A stretch of 64,000 nt of DNA, taken from contig JBFWWG010000008.1 in NCBI GenBank assembly GCA_050246315.1, positions 64,001-128,000 on the forward strand, given 5' to 3'. Source of the DNA: Nitrospiraceae bacterium. Its GTDB lineage: Bacteria > Nitrospirota > Nitrospiria > Nitrospirales > Nitrospiraceae. Under the pieces are notes generated by a model, which was not told the origin of the DNA, searched no databases, and was given only the letters and a program-made list of their open reading frames with translations. Positions 50,607-60,243 of this stretch are shown piece after piece; within the stretch, counting starts at the first letter, position 1; each line of letters starts with the position of its first letter. The position numbers were made by a program, and so were the translations under genes.

Positions 50607-52017
50607 CGTCTCTCCGTGACAGATTCAGGGCCTGGCGCGCCTGATCCAACTCTCCTTCGATGGCGGCGCGGATGGCCTGAAGTTTGGCATCCGTATTGGC
50701 TTCAAACCGCAGGACCAGAGCCGGTTGCGTGTTCGACGCGCGAATCAACCCCCATCCGTCGTCAAAGACCGCTCGGATCCCGTCGATCGTGACCACGTCG
50801 CGAATCGTTAAACTCGTGTGGTCCAAAGGCTGTCGGGATTGCGCCGTGGCCATAAGCCTGGATTGCACCTGCTGCACCAGTTGAAACTTGACCGCATCCG
50901 GACAATCGACCCTGATCTCCGGCGTCACGAAGGAGGGAGGGAGGTCGGCCACCAGCGAAGAAAGCGGCTTCCTTCCCTTGGCCAGGATTTCGATCAGCCG
51001 GCAGGAGGCATAGACGGCATCGTCGTACCCGAAATACCGATCAGCGAAAAACATATGCCCGGACATCTCCCCGGCCAGCGCGGCCTTCTCTTCCCTCATC
51101 TTGGCCTTGATCAGCGAATGGCCGGTCTTCCACATGATCGGCTTGCCACCCCGCTTGGCCACATCGTCATAGAGGCTCTGCGAGGATTTGACTTCGGAGA
51201 TGATCGTGCTGCCCGGCTGCGCGGCCAGGATGTCCCGAGCATAGATCACCAGCAGCCGGTCTCCCCACAGGATGTTTCCCTTTTCATCGACCGCCCCGAT
51301 CCGGTCCGCATCCCCGTCATACCCGATGCCCACATGAGCCCCCGTCTCCCGGACCTTTCGGATCAAATCTTTGAGATTGTCGACCACGGTTGGATCCGGG
51401 TGATGATTCGGGAACCGTCCGTCCAGATCGCAGTACAGTTCGGTGACCTGACAGCCCAATTGCGCGATGGCTTCCCCCGCCACCAACGAGGCGGCCCCGT
51501 TGCCTGCGTCGATCACAACCCGCAGGTGGCCGGCTTGCACATGCGAAAAACTTTCCTTCAGGTAGGCCAGGTAGTCCGGGATGATCGGCCGATTGGTGAC
51601 GGTTCCGGATCCTGAGGCAAACTGGCCCCGCTCCACGATCCGCCGCAACTCCTGAATGCCGTCTCCATGGAGCGCCTCCTTGCCGAGACAGAGCTTGAAT
51701 CCGTTATAGTCGGCCGCGTTGTGGCTCCCGGTGATCATGATGCCGCCGTCCACCGGCAGGTGAAAGAGCGAAAAATACACCAGTGGGGTCGGACAGGTCC
51801 CGAGATCGACCACATCCAGCCCTCCCTCCGTCAGCCCCTTGACCAACCTTCCGTGGAGCGCCGGCGAACTGAGCCGGCCGTCGCGCCCGACGGTGACCGT
51901 TTTGAACTCCCTCCCGCGAGCCAACGTGGCGTAGGCTCGGCCGATCTGTTCGGCATGATCGATCGTCAGTTCGCTCCCGACAATGCCCCGAATGTCATAT
52001 TCGCGAAACAGTCCCAT
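50596..52017 (-). CDS. Phosphomannomutase/phosphoglucomutase
   Basis: FREYDIRG, TGSHN, DGDADR, GEMSGH, RASNT. Confidence 0.95.
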   Translation of the reverse strand: MGLFREYDIRGIVGSELTIDHAEQIGRAYATLARGREFKTVTVGRDGRLSSPALHGRLVKGLTEGGLDVVDLGTCPTPLVYFSLFHLPVDGGIMITGSHNAADYNGFKLCLGKEALHGDGIQELRRIVERGQFASGSGTVTNRPIIPDYLAYLKESFSHVQAGHLRVVIDAGNGAASLVAGEAIAQLGCQVTELYCDLDGRFPNHHPDPTVVDNLKDLIRKVRETGAHVGIGYDGDADRIGAVDEKGNILWGDRLLVIYARDILAAQPGSTIISEVKSSQSLYDDVAKRGGKPIMWKTGHSLIKAKMREEKAALAGEMSGHMFFADRYFGYDDAVYASCRLIEILAKGRKPLSSLVADLPPSFVTPEIRVDCPDAVKFQLVQQVQSRLMATAQSRQPLDHTSLTIRDVVTIDGIRAVFDDGWGLIRASNTQPALVLRFEANTDAKLQAIRAAIEGELDQARQALNLSRRDGDG

Positions 52018-52114
52018 GATGCCTCTCTTGTTCACTCACCTCGGGCAGGATGTTGAATGTGTCCCCCGGCTTTGTGGAAAGGTACGTCTCAGCGCCTGGA
52101 ACAGCCGGACCAGA

Positions 52115-53566
52115 TCAACAACTTCTCGTGCGCCCATAGTCGTCCTGGAATCGGACGATATCGTCTTCGCCCAGATAGGGTCCGTTTTGGACTTCAATGA
52201 TATGGAGGATCTCGCGCCCCGGATTTTCCAACCGGTGGCGGGTCCCGACGGGAATGGCCGTGCTCTGCCCCACCGTGAGATCGAAGATTTCCTCGCCCCT
52301 TGTCACCCGAGCGGTCCCCGCGATGACGACCCAATGTTCGCTGCGTTGATGGTGCATCTGAAGAGACAGACGTCCCCCCGGATTGACCGTCACCCGCTTG
52401 ACCTTGTACCCGGCTCCCTCCTCCAGGATCGTGTAGGACCCCCAAGGCCGGTAAACCGTGAGATGTTCGAGCTGCTCTGGCGCCTTTTGCTTGCGCAGGA
52501 TCTCAACAACCTTTTTCACGTCCTGAGATCGCGCTTTCGGGCAGACCAGCGTGGCATCGGGTGTGTCGACCACCACCATGTCGGAGAGGCCGATGGTCGC
52601 GACCAGCCGCCGATCGGCATAGATGATTGAGTGATGGCTGTCCAGATCGACCACCTTTCCGTTAATGACGTTGCCGGCCTTGTCTTGTGAGGCCACTTCC
52701 TCGATGCTGCTCCAATTGCCCACGTCCGACCAGTGAAAATCGACCGGAATCATCGCAGCATGATCCGATCGTTCCATGACACCCGTATCGATCGAGACCG
52801 ACGGCAACTCACGATAGAGCCCGTCGATGTCGCCCCGCGACGCCCCGGCCGCCAGTAATTGCCGGATCCGGTCCAACCCACGCCCCAAGGTTGGCTGATG
52901 CTTGTCGATCTCCTCAAGAATCGTCGCGGCCTTCCACACGAACATTCCGCTGTTCCAATAATAAGTGCCGGCCTTCAGATACCGGGCGGCGGTCTTCGCA
53001 TCCGGCTTTTCGACGAACCGGGCCACGGGATAGCCGGCGAGCGTGCCGTCCTTGCCGAGCCGCGGCGCACGCTTCGGCTGGATATAGCCGTAGCCGGTCT
53101 CCGGTCGGATCGGCTTGATGCCGAACGTGACCAACTGGCCGGCCTCGGCCAGTTGGGCGCCGAGCCGCACCGCCGCCCGAAACCTCGTCTCCCCCTTGAT
53201 CACATGATCCGCCGGAAGAACCACCATGATCCCGTTCGGGTTCCGGCTCACGACCTCGAGCGCAGCCAACCCAATGGCCGGCGCCGTGTTCCGGCCTTCC
53301 GGCTCGATGACGAAATTTCTCTCTAACCGATCCTTCCATTCGCTCAGTTGCACACGGATCGAATCGGCCTGAGCCGGGTTCGTGGAAATCAACACGCGCT
53401 CGGGCTCCACACAACCGAGCACGCGCCGCATCGTCTGCTGGATCAAGGTGGCGTCACCCATAATGCGCAGGAGTTGTTTGGGATAGAGGTGGCGGCTGAG
53501 CGGCCAGAAGCGCGTCCCGCTTCCACCGGCGAGGATGACGGCGTAGACCGGATGATCAGCGGACAT
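52115..53566 (-). CDS. manC: Mannose-1-P guanylyltransferase / mannose-6-P isomerase
   Basis: LAGGSGTRFWPLSR, RNTAPA, FVEKP, WSDVG, RPWG cupin domain. Confidence 0.95.
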   Translation of the reverse strand: MSADHPVYAVILAGGSGTRFWPLSRHLYPKQLLRIMGDATLIQQTMRRVLGCVEPERVLISTNPAQADSIRVQLSEWKDRLERNFVIEPEGRNTAPAIGLAALEVVSRNPNGIMVVLPADHVIKGETRFRAAVRLGAQLAEAGQLVTFGIKPIRPETGYGYIQPKRAPRLGKDGTLAGYPVARFVEKPDAKTAARYLKAGTYYWNSGMFVWKAATILEEIDKHQPTLGRGLDRIRQLLAAGASRGDIDGLYRELPSVSIDTGVMERSDHAAMIPVDFHWSDVGNWSSIEEVASQDKAGNVINGKVVDLDSHHSIIYADRRLVATIGLSDMVVVDTPDATLVCPKARSQDVKKVVEILRKQKAPEQLEHLTVYRPWGSYTILEEGAGYKVKRVTVNPGGRLSLQMHHQRSEHWVVIAGTARVTRGEEIFDLTVGQSTAIPVGTRHRLENPGREILHIIEVQNGPYLGEDDIVRFQDDYGRTRSC

Positions 53567-53602
53567 CGGTGCCTCCCTCCATGCGACGCATGGGATTGTC
53601 AT

Positions 53603-54127
53603 TCATCGCACGTGACCCTGGGCGGCAAGAATAAGATCCGCAATTTCCCTCAGGGCTCCCTCCCCGCCCTTCTGACGGCAGACGTACCGCACGGCTTTGC
53701 GGATGGCCGGCATTGCATCGGCCGGAGCCGCCGACAAGCCCACCGCGCGCAGCGCCTCCAGGTCGTTGACGTCATCGCCGATATACGCGACCTCTTTCAG
53801 CGTCAATCCGTACTTCAGAGCCATCTCGCGGAGACAAGATAGTTTGTCCATCACCCCCTGGTGCAGCTCCGGGATCGTCAACTTGTCCGCCCGTCGTGCC
53901 ACCAGCTTGGTGCGTTCCTGCGTCACGATCGCAGTGATCAGCCCCGCCTTCTGGAGGAGCTTGATCCCCATCCCGTCCCGCGTGTTGAACTTCTTCAGCT
54001 CATCGCCGGATTCCGTGTAATACATACCCGCATCCGTCAAGACGCCGTCGACATCGGTGGCGACGAGACGAATGGACTTGAGGAGGGTTCGGCTGGGCAC
54101 CCCTGTTCGTAAACGGGCGCTGGGCAT
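53603..54127 (-). CDS. KdsC-family HAD phosphatase
   Basis: DVDGVLTD, FNTRDGMG, IGDDVND, GGEGALRE. Confidence 0.88.
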   Translation of the reverse strand: MPSARLRTGVPSRTLLKSIRLVATDVDGVLTDAGMYYTESGDELKKFNTRDGMGIKLLQKAGLITAIVTQERTKLVARRADKLTIPELHQGVMDKLSCLREMALKYGLTLKEVAYIGDDVNDLEALRAVGLSAAPADAMPAIRKAVRYVCRQKGGEGALREIADLILAAQGHVR

Positions 54128-54280
54128 GAGAATCGCGCGTATCGGATGATTGATGACGATCGTTCGCGATGTGATCTTAGCAATGCGTGCCGCCCAAGAC
54201 AATAAAAAGGACAGGAGCCTGCAGCAGAGATGGGCCGATGACGAAAATCCATACCGGAGGGCCGACCCGAACGGACGGTA

Positions 54281-55717
54281 TCAACTGGCTCCACGCCCGG
54301 AGATGACCGCCGGGATCGTCTTCACGAGAATCTGCATGTCCAGCGCCAAGGACCAATTATCGATATACTCCAGATCCATCTCCATCCAACGCTCGAACGG
54401 AATCAACGTCCGCCCGCGAATCGCCCAGAGGCAGGTGAGGCCCGGCTTCATACTGAGTCGACGCCGCTGCCAGCGCTCGTACTTGTCCACCTCCACGGCC
54501 AACGGCGGACGCGGGCCGACAACGGACATGTCGCCCTTGATGACATTGAGCATTTGCGGTATTTCATCCAGGCTGCACTTCCGCAAGATGCGGCCCACCC
54601 GCGTCACACGAGGATCGTTCCTGGCTTTGAACACGGGGCCCGAGAGCTCATTCAATTTGGCCACTTCCAGAAGTCTCGCTTCCGCATCCACGACCATCGA
54701 CCGGAATTTATACATCATAAACCGCCGCCCGTTCAGACCGCAGCGCTCTTGGCAGAAGAACATCGGGCCCGTCGAATCTACTTTGATGCTTACGGCGATC
54801 AACGCCCACACCGGCATCCCGACTAGGACCGTCGTCCAGGCGATCGCCAAATCCATTACTCGCTTGACGCCCAAAGCGAACCAGTTGGTCGGCTTCGTGG
54901 TGAACGTGAGCAATGGAATGTGGACGAACTCGTCCAACGACGCCCGCGCAATCAGATGCGGGAACATGCCCACGGCGATTCGCGCATTCACCCCGAGTTC
55001 CTCACACATGAGAAAGACGTCTTCGAGCTCGCTGACGATTTTCCCCGGCACGACAAACATCACCTCATCGACGACACGCTGGTTGCAGATTCGTTCCAGG
55101 TCATCGAGGGTCCCGATCACGTCGTAGCCCTCCACCCGTTGCTCATAGGGCCCCACGCGGTTCTCGGAGACCAGACCGAGGAGACGAAAACCCCACTTTT
55201 GATTGTTCTCGACCAGGCGCGCAAACTCGAGGGCCTTCTCATTCACGCCGACGACAATGACGTTGCACCACTGAAGCTCCTCGCGACCCGAGCGGCGCAG
55301 CCAAGCCCGGACCCCAAGCCGGCCCGACATCAAAATCACCGCTGTCAGCGCGGCAAACAGGATAAGGAAGGCCCGGCTGATATCCGGCACCTTGAGCACA
55401 TACGTCACCCCCATGAGCAGGAGAAGCCCGGTCCCGCTCACCTTGATCAGATCCACAGGCATTCGCCTGAACGTGTTCAGCCTTGCAGGTTGATACAGGC
55501 CGACCGAATGCAGGAGTCCCAACCAAATCGGAAAAACAAATCCGTACATCCAATCGTATTTCATCGCGGACATAAGAGGGGCGGGAAACCACTGGTCGAA
55601 GACCGAGGAGAGGATGTTGCTCCGAATCCAATAGGCCGCTTCGAACGACACCACGAGGCCGACGATATCGACCGCAATGCATCGCCAGATCAACAGTCGC
55701 GAGTGTTCTCTCAGCAT
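54281..55717 (-). CDS. Undecaprenyl-phosphate sugar-1-P transferase (WcaJ/WbaP-like)
   Basis: TM helices, KRVMD, YKFRSM, DPRVT, SLDEIPQ, VGPRP, KPGLT. Confidence 0.93.
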   Translation of the reverse strand: MLREHSRLLIWRCIAVDIVGLVVSFEAAYWIRSNILSSVFDQWFPAPLMSAMKYDWMYGFVFPIWLGLLHSVGLYQPARLNTFRRMPVDLIKVSGTGLLLLMGVTYVLKVPDISRAFLILFAALTAVILMSGRLGVRAWLRRSGREELQWCNVIVVGVNEKALEFARLVENNQKWGFRLLGLVSENRVGPYEQRVEGYDVIGTLDDLERICNQRVVDEVMFVVPGKIVSELEDVFLMCEELGVNARIAVGMFPHLIARASLDEFVHIPLLTFTTKPTNWFALGVKRVMDLAIAWTTVLVGMPVWALIAVSIKVDSTGPMFFCQERCGLNGRRFMMYKFRSMVVDAEARLLEVAKLNELSGPVFKARNDPRVTRVGRILRKCSLDEIPQMLNVIKGDMSVVGPRPPLAVEVDKYERWQRRRLSMKPGLTCLWAIRGRTLIPFERWMEMDLEYIDNWSLALDMQILVKTIPAVISGRGAS

Positions 55718-55721
55718 GGAA

Positions 55722-56561
55722 TCACGCCCGATCGTACCGGACGATACTGCGATCTCCTCGATCGGCCCACCGGCCGGCCACTCGGTGCTTCCACTCGAAC
55801 TTGAGCCACGACCTGAGATGCTCGACTTTCGCCCGACTGATCAGCCCACCGGCGCTGGCGCGTTGATGCGCGTGCACCATGACCGAATCCGGATTGTACA
55901 CCACTCGCCACCCGGCCCGCCGCAACCGGAGACAGAGATCGACATCCTCAAAGTACAGGAAGAACCGCTCATCCATGACCTGACTCGTCTGAAACGCGCT
56001 GCGCCGGAGCATCAAGGCCGCTCCCAAGACCCAATCCACGTCCCTGGAGGTGGCATGATCCCAGGCCGTCATCAGGTGCTCCCTGATGATTCGGTGCCTG
56101 GGGCACCATCGGCCTAGGGGAGTCCGCCGGAGCAGATAGACGCCGAGGCTGTAATCGGTCCGGCAGGAGTACTGCACGGTGCCGTCTTCATTGAGCAGCC
56201 TGGGCGCGCAGAGAGCAACATCCGGATGGGATTCCATGTAGCCATACAACCGCTCGATTGATCCTGGGCTCACATGGATATCAGGATTCAGCAGGAGACA
56301 ATATCGTGCTTGAGAGGCAGCAAATGCGCGGTTTACGGCCGCTGCATAACCAAGGTTTGTAGAGACTTGTAGAATTCTAACTTTCTGGAAATGTTGTCGA
56401 ACAAACTCGGCGGTACCATCCCTGGAGGCGTTATCAATCACGATCGTCTCCGTTGACATTGGAGGCAACGCATCCCCAATGGATCGAAGGCAGGACCCGA
56501 TCCAATCCTTACTTTGATACGTAACAATAACAATGGTTAGATCCATTGTTGCGTGACTCAT
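55722..56561 (-). CDS. GT2 glycosyltransferase (WbbL-like)
   Basis: IVIVTY, DNAS, NLGYA, LLNPD, DERFFLYFEDVDLC. Confidence 0.9.
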   Translation of the reverse strand: MSHATMDLTIVIVTYQSKDWIGSCLRSIGDALPPMSTETIVIDNASRDGTAEFVRQHFQKVRILQVSTNLGYAAAVNRAFAASQARYCLLLNPDIHVSPGSIERLYGYMESHPDVALCAPRLLNEDGTVQYSCRTDYSLGVYLLRRTPLGRWCPRHRIIREHLMTAWDHATSRDVDWVLGAALMLRRSAFQTSQVMDERFFLYFEDVDLCLRLRRAGWRVVYNPDSVMVHAHQRASAGGLISRAKVEHLRSWLKFEWKHRVAGRWADRGDRSIVRYDRA

Positions 56562-56639
56562 TTGCGTACTGTCATCTATGTGCTCTATGACCTTCCGATA
56601 CACCTATGGACCGCACAATCTCGATAAGGGATTGTCCTC

Positions 56640-57692
56640 TATATGGCTTTCGTCCATCTCAACATGACGACATCGATCATGCAGCAGCCACGTATCATGA
56701 CATGATCATACTCCAACTGGAGGGCAACCAATGCCACACCTCGCAACCGGAGAGGCAAAGGTCCTGCAGCCGGCCATTCGCCAGGGAAATCAACCGGAGT
56801 GAAGAGTCGCGCTACCACCATCGGCTGCACGTCTTGTTGCTGGTCGCCGGTGGCCGATCCTGCACGGAGGTGGGGCGGTTGTTCGGACATGAGGCGACGA
56901 CAGTCCCTCGCTGGGTCGAGCAGGACGGGTTTATCGGGTTGCGCGAAGGTGACCGTCCAGGCTGGCCCATGTCGCTGGACAAGCGGCAGTGGACCCGGCT
57001 GGCCCGTGACCTGCACCGCGACCCGCGTCGCTTGCGGCACGCGCAGCATCTGTGAGACGGGCCACTGCTGGGGGAGCATTTGAGAAGCCACTAGGAGGTG
57101 TCCCTCGGGTGCGGCAGTGTCAGCGGGTCTTCACGCGCTGGTCTTCCGGCTGCGCAAGTCGAGACCGCGCGCCGCTCTGTCGGACTCGGTGGCAGGGGCG
57201 GCGTTTAAGGCGACTGAGCTGGCTGCCCCGAACCCCATTTCCGGCAACAGTGCACACGAACCCACATGTGGGCGCCCATCAAGATCAACAACTCGGTGCT
57301 GCGCCACGCGCCAACCCACAAATCGATGGCCTGCTTCGGGTCCGTGAGCGTGCAGACAGGCAAGTTGGTTCACTCTCTCTGTTCGAAGTTCGATGCCGGG
57401 ATGTTTGCGGCGCCCCTCAAGAAGTTGTTGTGCCATCGCTCACATCGCATGTGCATGGCAGCGATGCGGGACAATGCTTGGTACCATCACGCCGTTGTTC
57501 TTGCCACCCTACTCGCCGCACCGTGTCCCGATCCAACAGGCGTGGGATTCCGCCAGGCACATGACCGCCCATAACCGATATTTCGCCACGCTGGCCGAAC
57601 TGCTCACCACATTCACCTCGGGCTTCAACGGATGGACCAGACCGCATTTGGTGCTACGGCGACTAGGCGGCACAAGCTACGACGCTATATGT
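56640..57692 (+). mobile_element. IS630-family transposase remnant
   Basis: HTH part RSEESRYHHRLH..VRQCQR..FRLRK and DDE part DNAWYH..FLPPYSP lie in different frames with internal stops. Boundaries approximate. Confidence 0.82.
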
Positions 57693-57693
57693 A

Positions 57694-57945
57694 ACTTTTC
57701 CTTCTCCATCCTCTGTTGCCAGATCTTCCGGTGGAGGGTCTTGAGATTCGGCGTCTCCGGCCTCGCTGTTGTCCTGCCAAATATGATCGCGACTCACGCC
57801 AGCATTTACTGCTTCCAGTCGATGATCTCGGTGGGATAGCTCCTGAGTGGCTCGACGACCGCGTTCTTGCCCCTGAGAGCGGCAACAGTCACTTGGCCTT
57901 CAAGGCAGCCCTAAGATTCCGTCTCATTCACTTCATCGTCTGGCC
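57694..57945 (-). pseudogene. IS3-family orfA remnant
   Basis: Fragments read ..AALKAK..(V)AALRG..PTEIIDWKQ..PNLKTLHRKI; degraded and abutting the IS630 end. Confidence 0.6.
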
Positions 57946-58017
57946 TCTCACGTTCGCCGCCCCTCGGTGGTTTCGGTCAAGCCAGTCTGACACTGATCAC
58001 ACCATCCGAATCCCCCT

Positions 58018-59022
58018 TCAATATCCATCTGCCCTTAACAGAAGAAGCCTCATGTAGAAAATCAGCTTTCTCATGATGCCTTGTCTGTTAACTCCACTCC
58101 CCATCATGTCTAAGACCCGTCTCATCCTGTTACGCTGCACGCAATTCGCATATTGAAAAATAAGGTCCTTCCAAGGAGAAGGATGCGGATGCTCGACAGC
58201 ACGAGTATAGAGGGCTCTCGCCTGCTGAAAGGTCTTTGCAAATACGAGAGAATGAGTTCGCCAGCGACGCCGCGTCGTCGGGGAGAGCACATTGAAAAGA
58301 TTCCACCACCCTGGAGCTCCAATCTGATTGTTTGAATGTTGTCGATAGAACAGCAAGGGTTCTGATGTGTACCCTACCACTCCGAATGCGCCCGCACACA
58401 GGGCTAACCACCAGTCATGCATGACGGCGACTTCCGGTACGGGAATGGCGACGGTCAACAGTGAACGGTTGATAGCGGTTGCACAGCCAGTGACCAAATT
58501 CTGACTCAAGAGGGTTCGGAGAGGTGCGACTGGCTCATGAATAAGGTTTTGTAACCGCATGAACGAAGGATGGATCACTTGAAGGTTCTCATCGACCACA
58601 CTTAGGTCGGAGTAGACGAGGATTGGAATCTCAGAAGAGTGAGCTTGTTCGAGGTTTCGGATCATCTCGATCTGAGTTGTCAATTTGTGCGGCATCCAGA
58701 CATCGTCCTGATCGGCAAAGAAAACGACATCAGGACATCGCTCCTTCGCCGCTTCCATCAGAAGCCCGTAATTCCGAACAACTCCAACTCGGCCGAGATT
58801 GTCTTGGAGGAGCTCTATTCTGGGATCACCTTGCCGGAACTGATCGAGCAGCTTCGGGGTGTCGTCGGTCGATCCGTCATCTCTGATCAGCAGAACCCAT
58901 TGGTCGAACGTCTGCTGAAAGATACTCTCAACTTGCTCTTCGAGAAAATTCCTACCATTAAACGTCCCCAGAAGCACGACTACCTTCTTCGGTCCCACCA
59001 TCATTGTCGTGTATCGCGGCAT
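58018..59022 (-). CDS. GT2 glycosyltransferase (rhamnosyltransferase-like)
   Basis: TFNG, RDDGS, ADQDDVW, NLVTGC, MHDWW, YRQH. Confidence 0.9.
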   Translation of the reverse strand: MPRYTTMMVGPKKVVVLLGTFNGRNFLEEQVESIFQQTFDQWVLLIRDDGSTDDTPKLLDQFRQGDPRIELLQDNLGRVGVVRNYGLLMEAAKERCPDVVFFADQDDVWMPHKLTTQIEMIRNLEQAHSSEIPILVYSDLSVVDENLQVIHPSFMRLQNLIHEPVAPLRTLLSQNLVTGCATAINRSLLTVAIPVPEVAVMHDWWLALCAGAFGVVGYTSEPLLFYRQHSNNQIGAPGWWNLFNVLSPTTRRRWRTHSLVFAKTFQQARALYTRAVEHPHPSPWKDLIFQYANCVQRNRMRRVLDMMGSGVNRQGIMRKLIFYMRLLLLRADGY

Positions 59023-59356
59023 TGCCCGTCCGGCAAACCATTATCCCGGAAGGGACGAAGAAGTAGCACGGAACGTTTTGCACCCGGCGATCGGCTCTCT
59101 GCCGCTGTTGTCGAGCCTCGGCTTGCCGAATCCGCCGTCGATGCTCATCTTCCAGGAATCTGTACGTCGTTTTGATCGAAACCTCGAAGTCCTCCAGGTG
59201 TGGTCATTCCTACGTATTTTCAAGCGGACTCGACCTTCCCTTTACGGCACGTCGCCGAGACGACATCGTGCTGCCATACAATATCATGAGTGTCCTTCCC
59301 TCGTTTATGGCAACACGGGTGAGGAAGTGAGCTCTTTGTAGCGGCCTCTCCGAATA

Positions 59357-59738
59357 CTCGTCCGCATGATTCACGATAACTTCTCCTGCAACTGCCGTGC
59401 GACCCGTTGCCGCCGAAAAGCAACGGGAGCCTCGGCCGCAACGAGGTTGGCTGTGCCTAAAGGGAAGCCACTCGGAAAGGCTCGCCGCTCACCCCCTCGA
59501 CATACTGTGGCAAGGATGCCTCGGGGTCTCGCAGCTCCGCACGGGGCCACCCATTGCCCTGCTCGATGCAATGGGTACCCCCACGCGGAGCCCCGATGGG
59601 GCGAAGCATACTTGAAACAGTATATTGAGCCCGCGAGGGACGAGCCTATCCGCTTGGGAGCCGAAAACTCGCTCCCAAGCTTGTCGCAGCGGCGTATCGG
59701 CGGTTGCAGCAGAAGTCATCGTGAATCATGCGGGCTAG
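59357..59738. mobile_element. MITE, 382 bp, 40-bp TIRs
   Basis: CTCGTCCGCATGATTCACGATAACTTCTCCTGCAACTGCC matches the reverse complement of the right end at 35/40; the interior is homologous (inverted) to 44232-44479. Confidence 0.85.
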
Positions 59739-59744
59739 GCAGGT

Positions 59745-60243
59745 GTCAGGGTCGCTCAGAAGCCATCAAGGCTCTCTTGCTTGCAGCCCTCGGTCAGATA
59801 GAGCACGCGATTGCGCTCCAGAACCGTGACGACCGTCAGGTAGCGGTGCCCCTTGGCGCAGGCGGTGAACTGGCTGCCCGGTTCGGTCCAAGGGATTATG
59901 ACCTGATCGACCCCAGGGAGGACGACCCACCCCTGACACGTCCGCGTGAATGCAGGTCGTGAGCCGACAGGTATCCAGATGCCCCCACCACCGGTGCTTC
60001 CGATCGTAGCCCGGGACATGTTCCTGGTCATTCCAGCAATCGATAGGACCCCAGACTGGCACCGACAATGACGGTCCCTGCTGCCCATTCACATCCACCT
60101 CCTCATTGGCCACGGTCCAGGAATGTCTGCAACCCCGATACCGCTTGTTAGAGGTCGACGTCTCGCATCGCTCGGCACCTCAATTCGAGACCCTAAGCCT
60201 GACGCAAGAGGAGTCACCTACCCGCGCGAGAGCCTGAAGAGCC
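59745..60243 (-). mobile_element. ISL3-family transposase remnant
   Basis: GGCTCTT terminus at 60243; fragments YD..WGHLDT, QV..PW..PGSQFT and KGHRYLTVV..RVLY..KQESLDGF; ends at the MITE. Confidence 0.78.

Noticed and set aside
59030..59350. Short ORFs between the GT2 gene and the MITE
   Set aside because: No recognisable family; likely degraded DNA.
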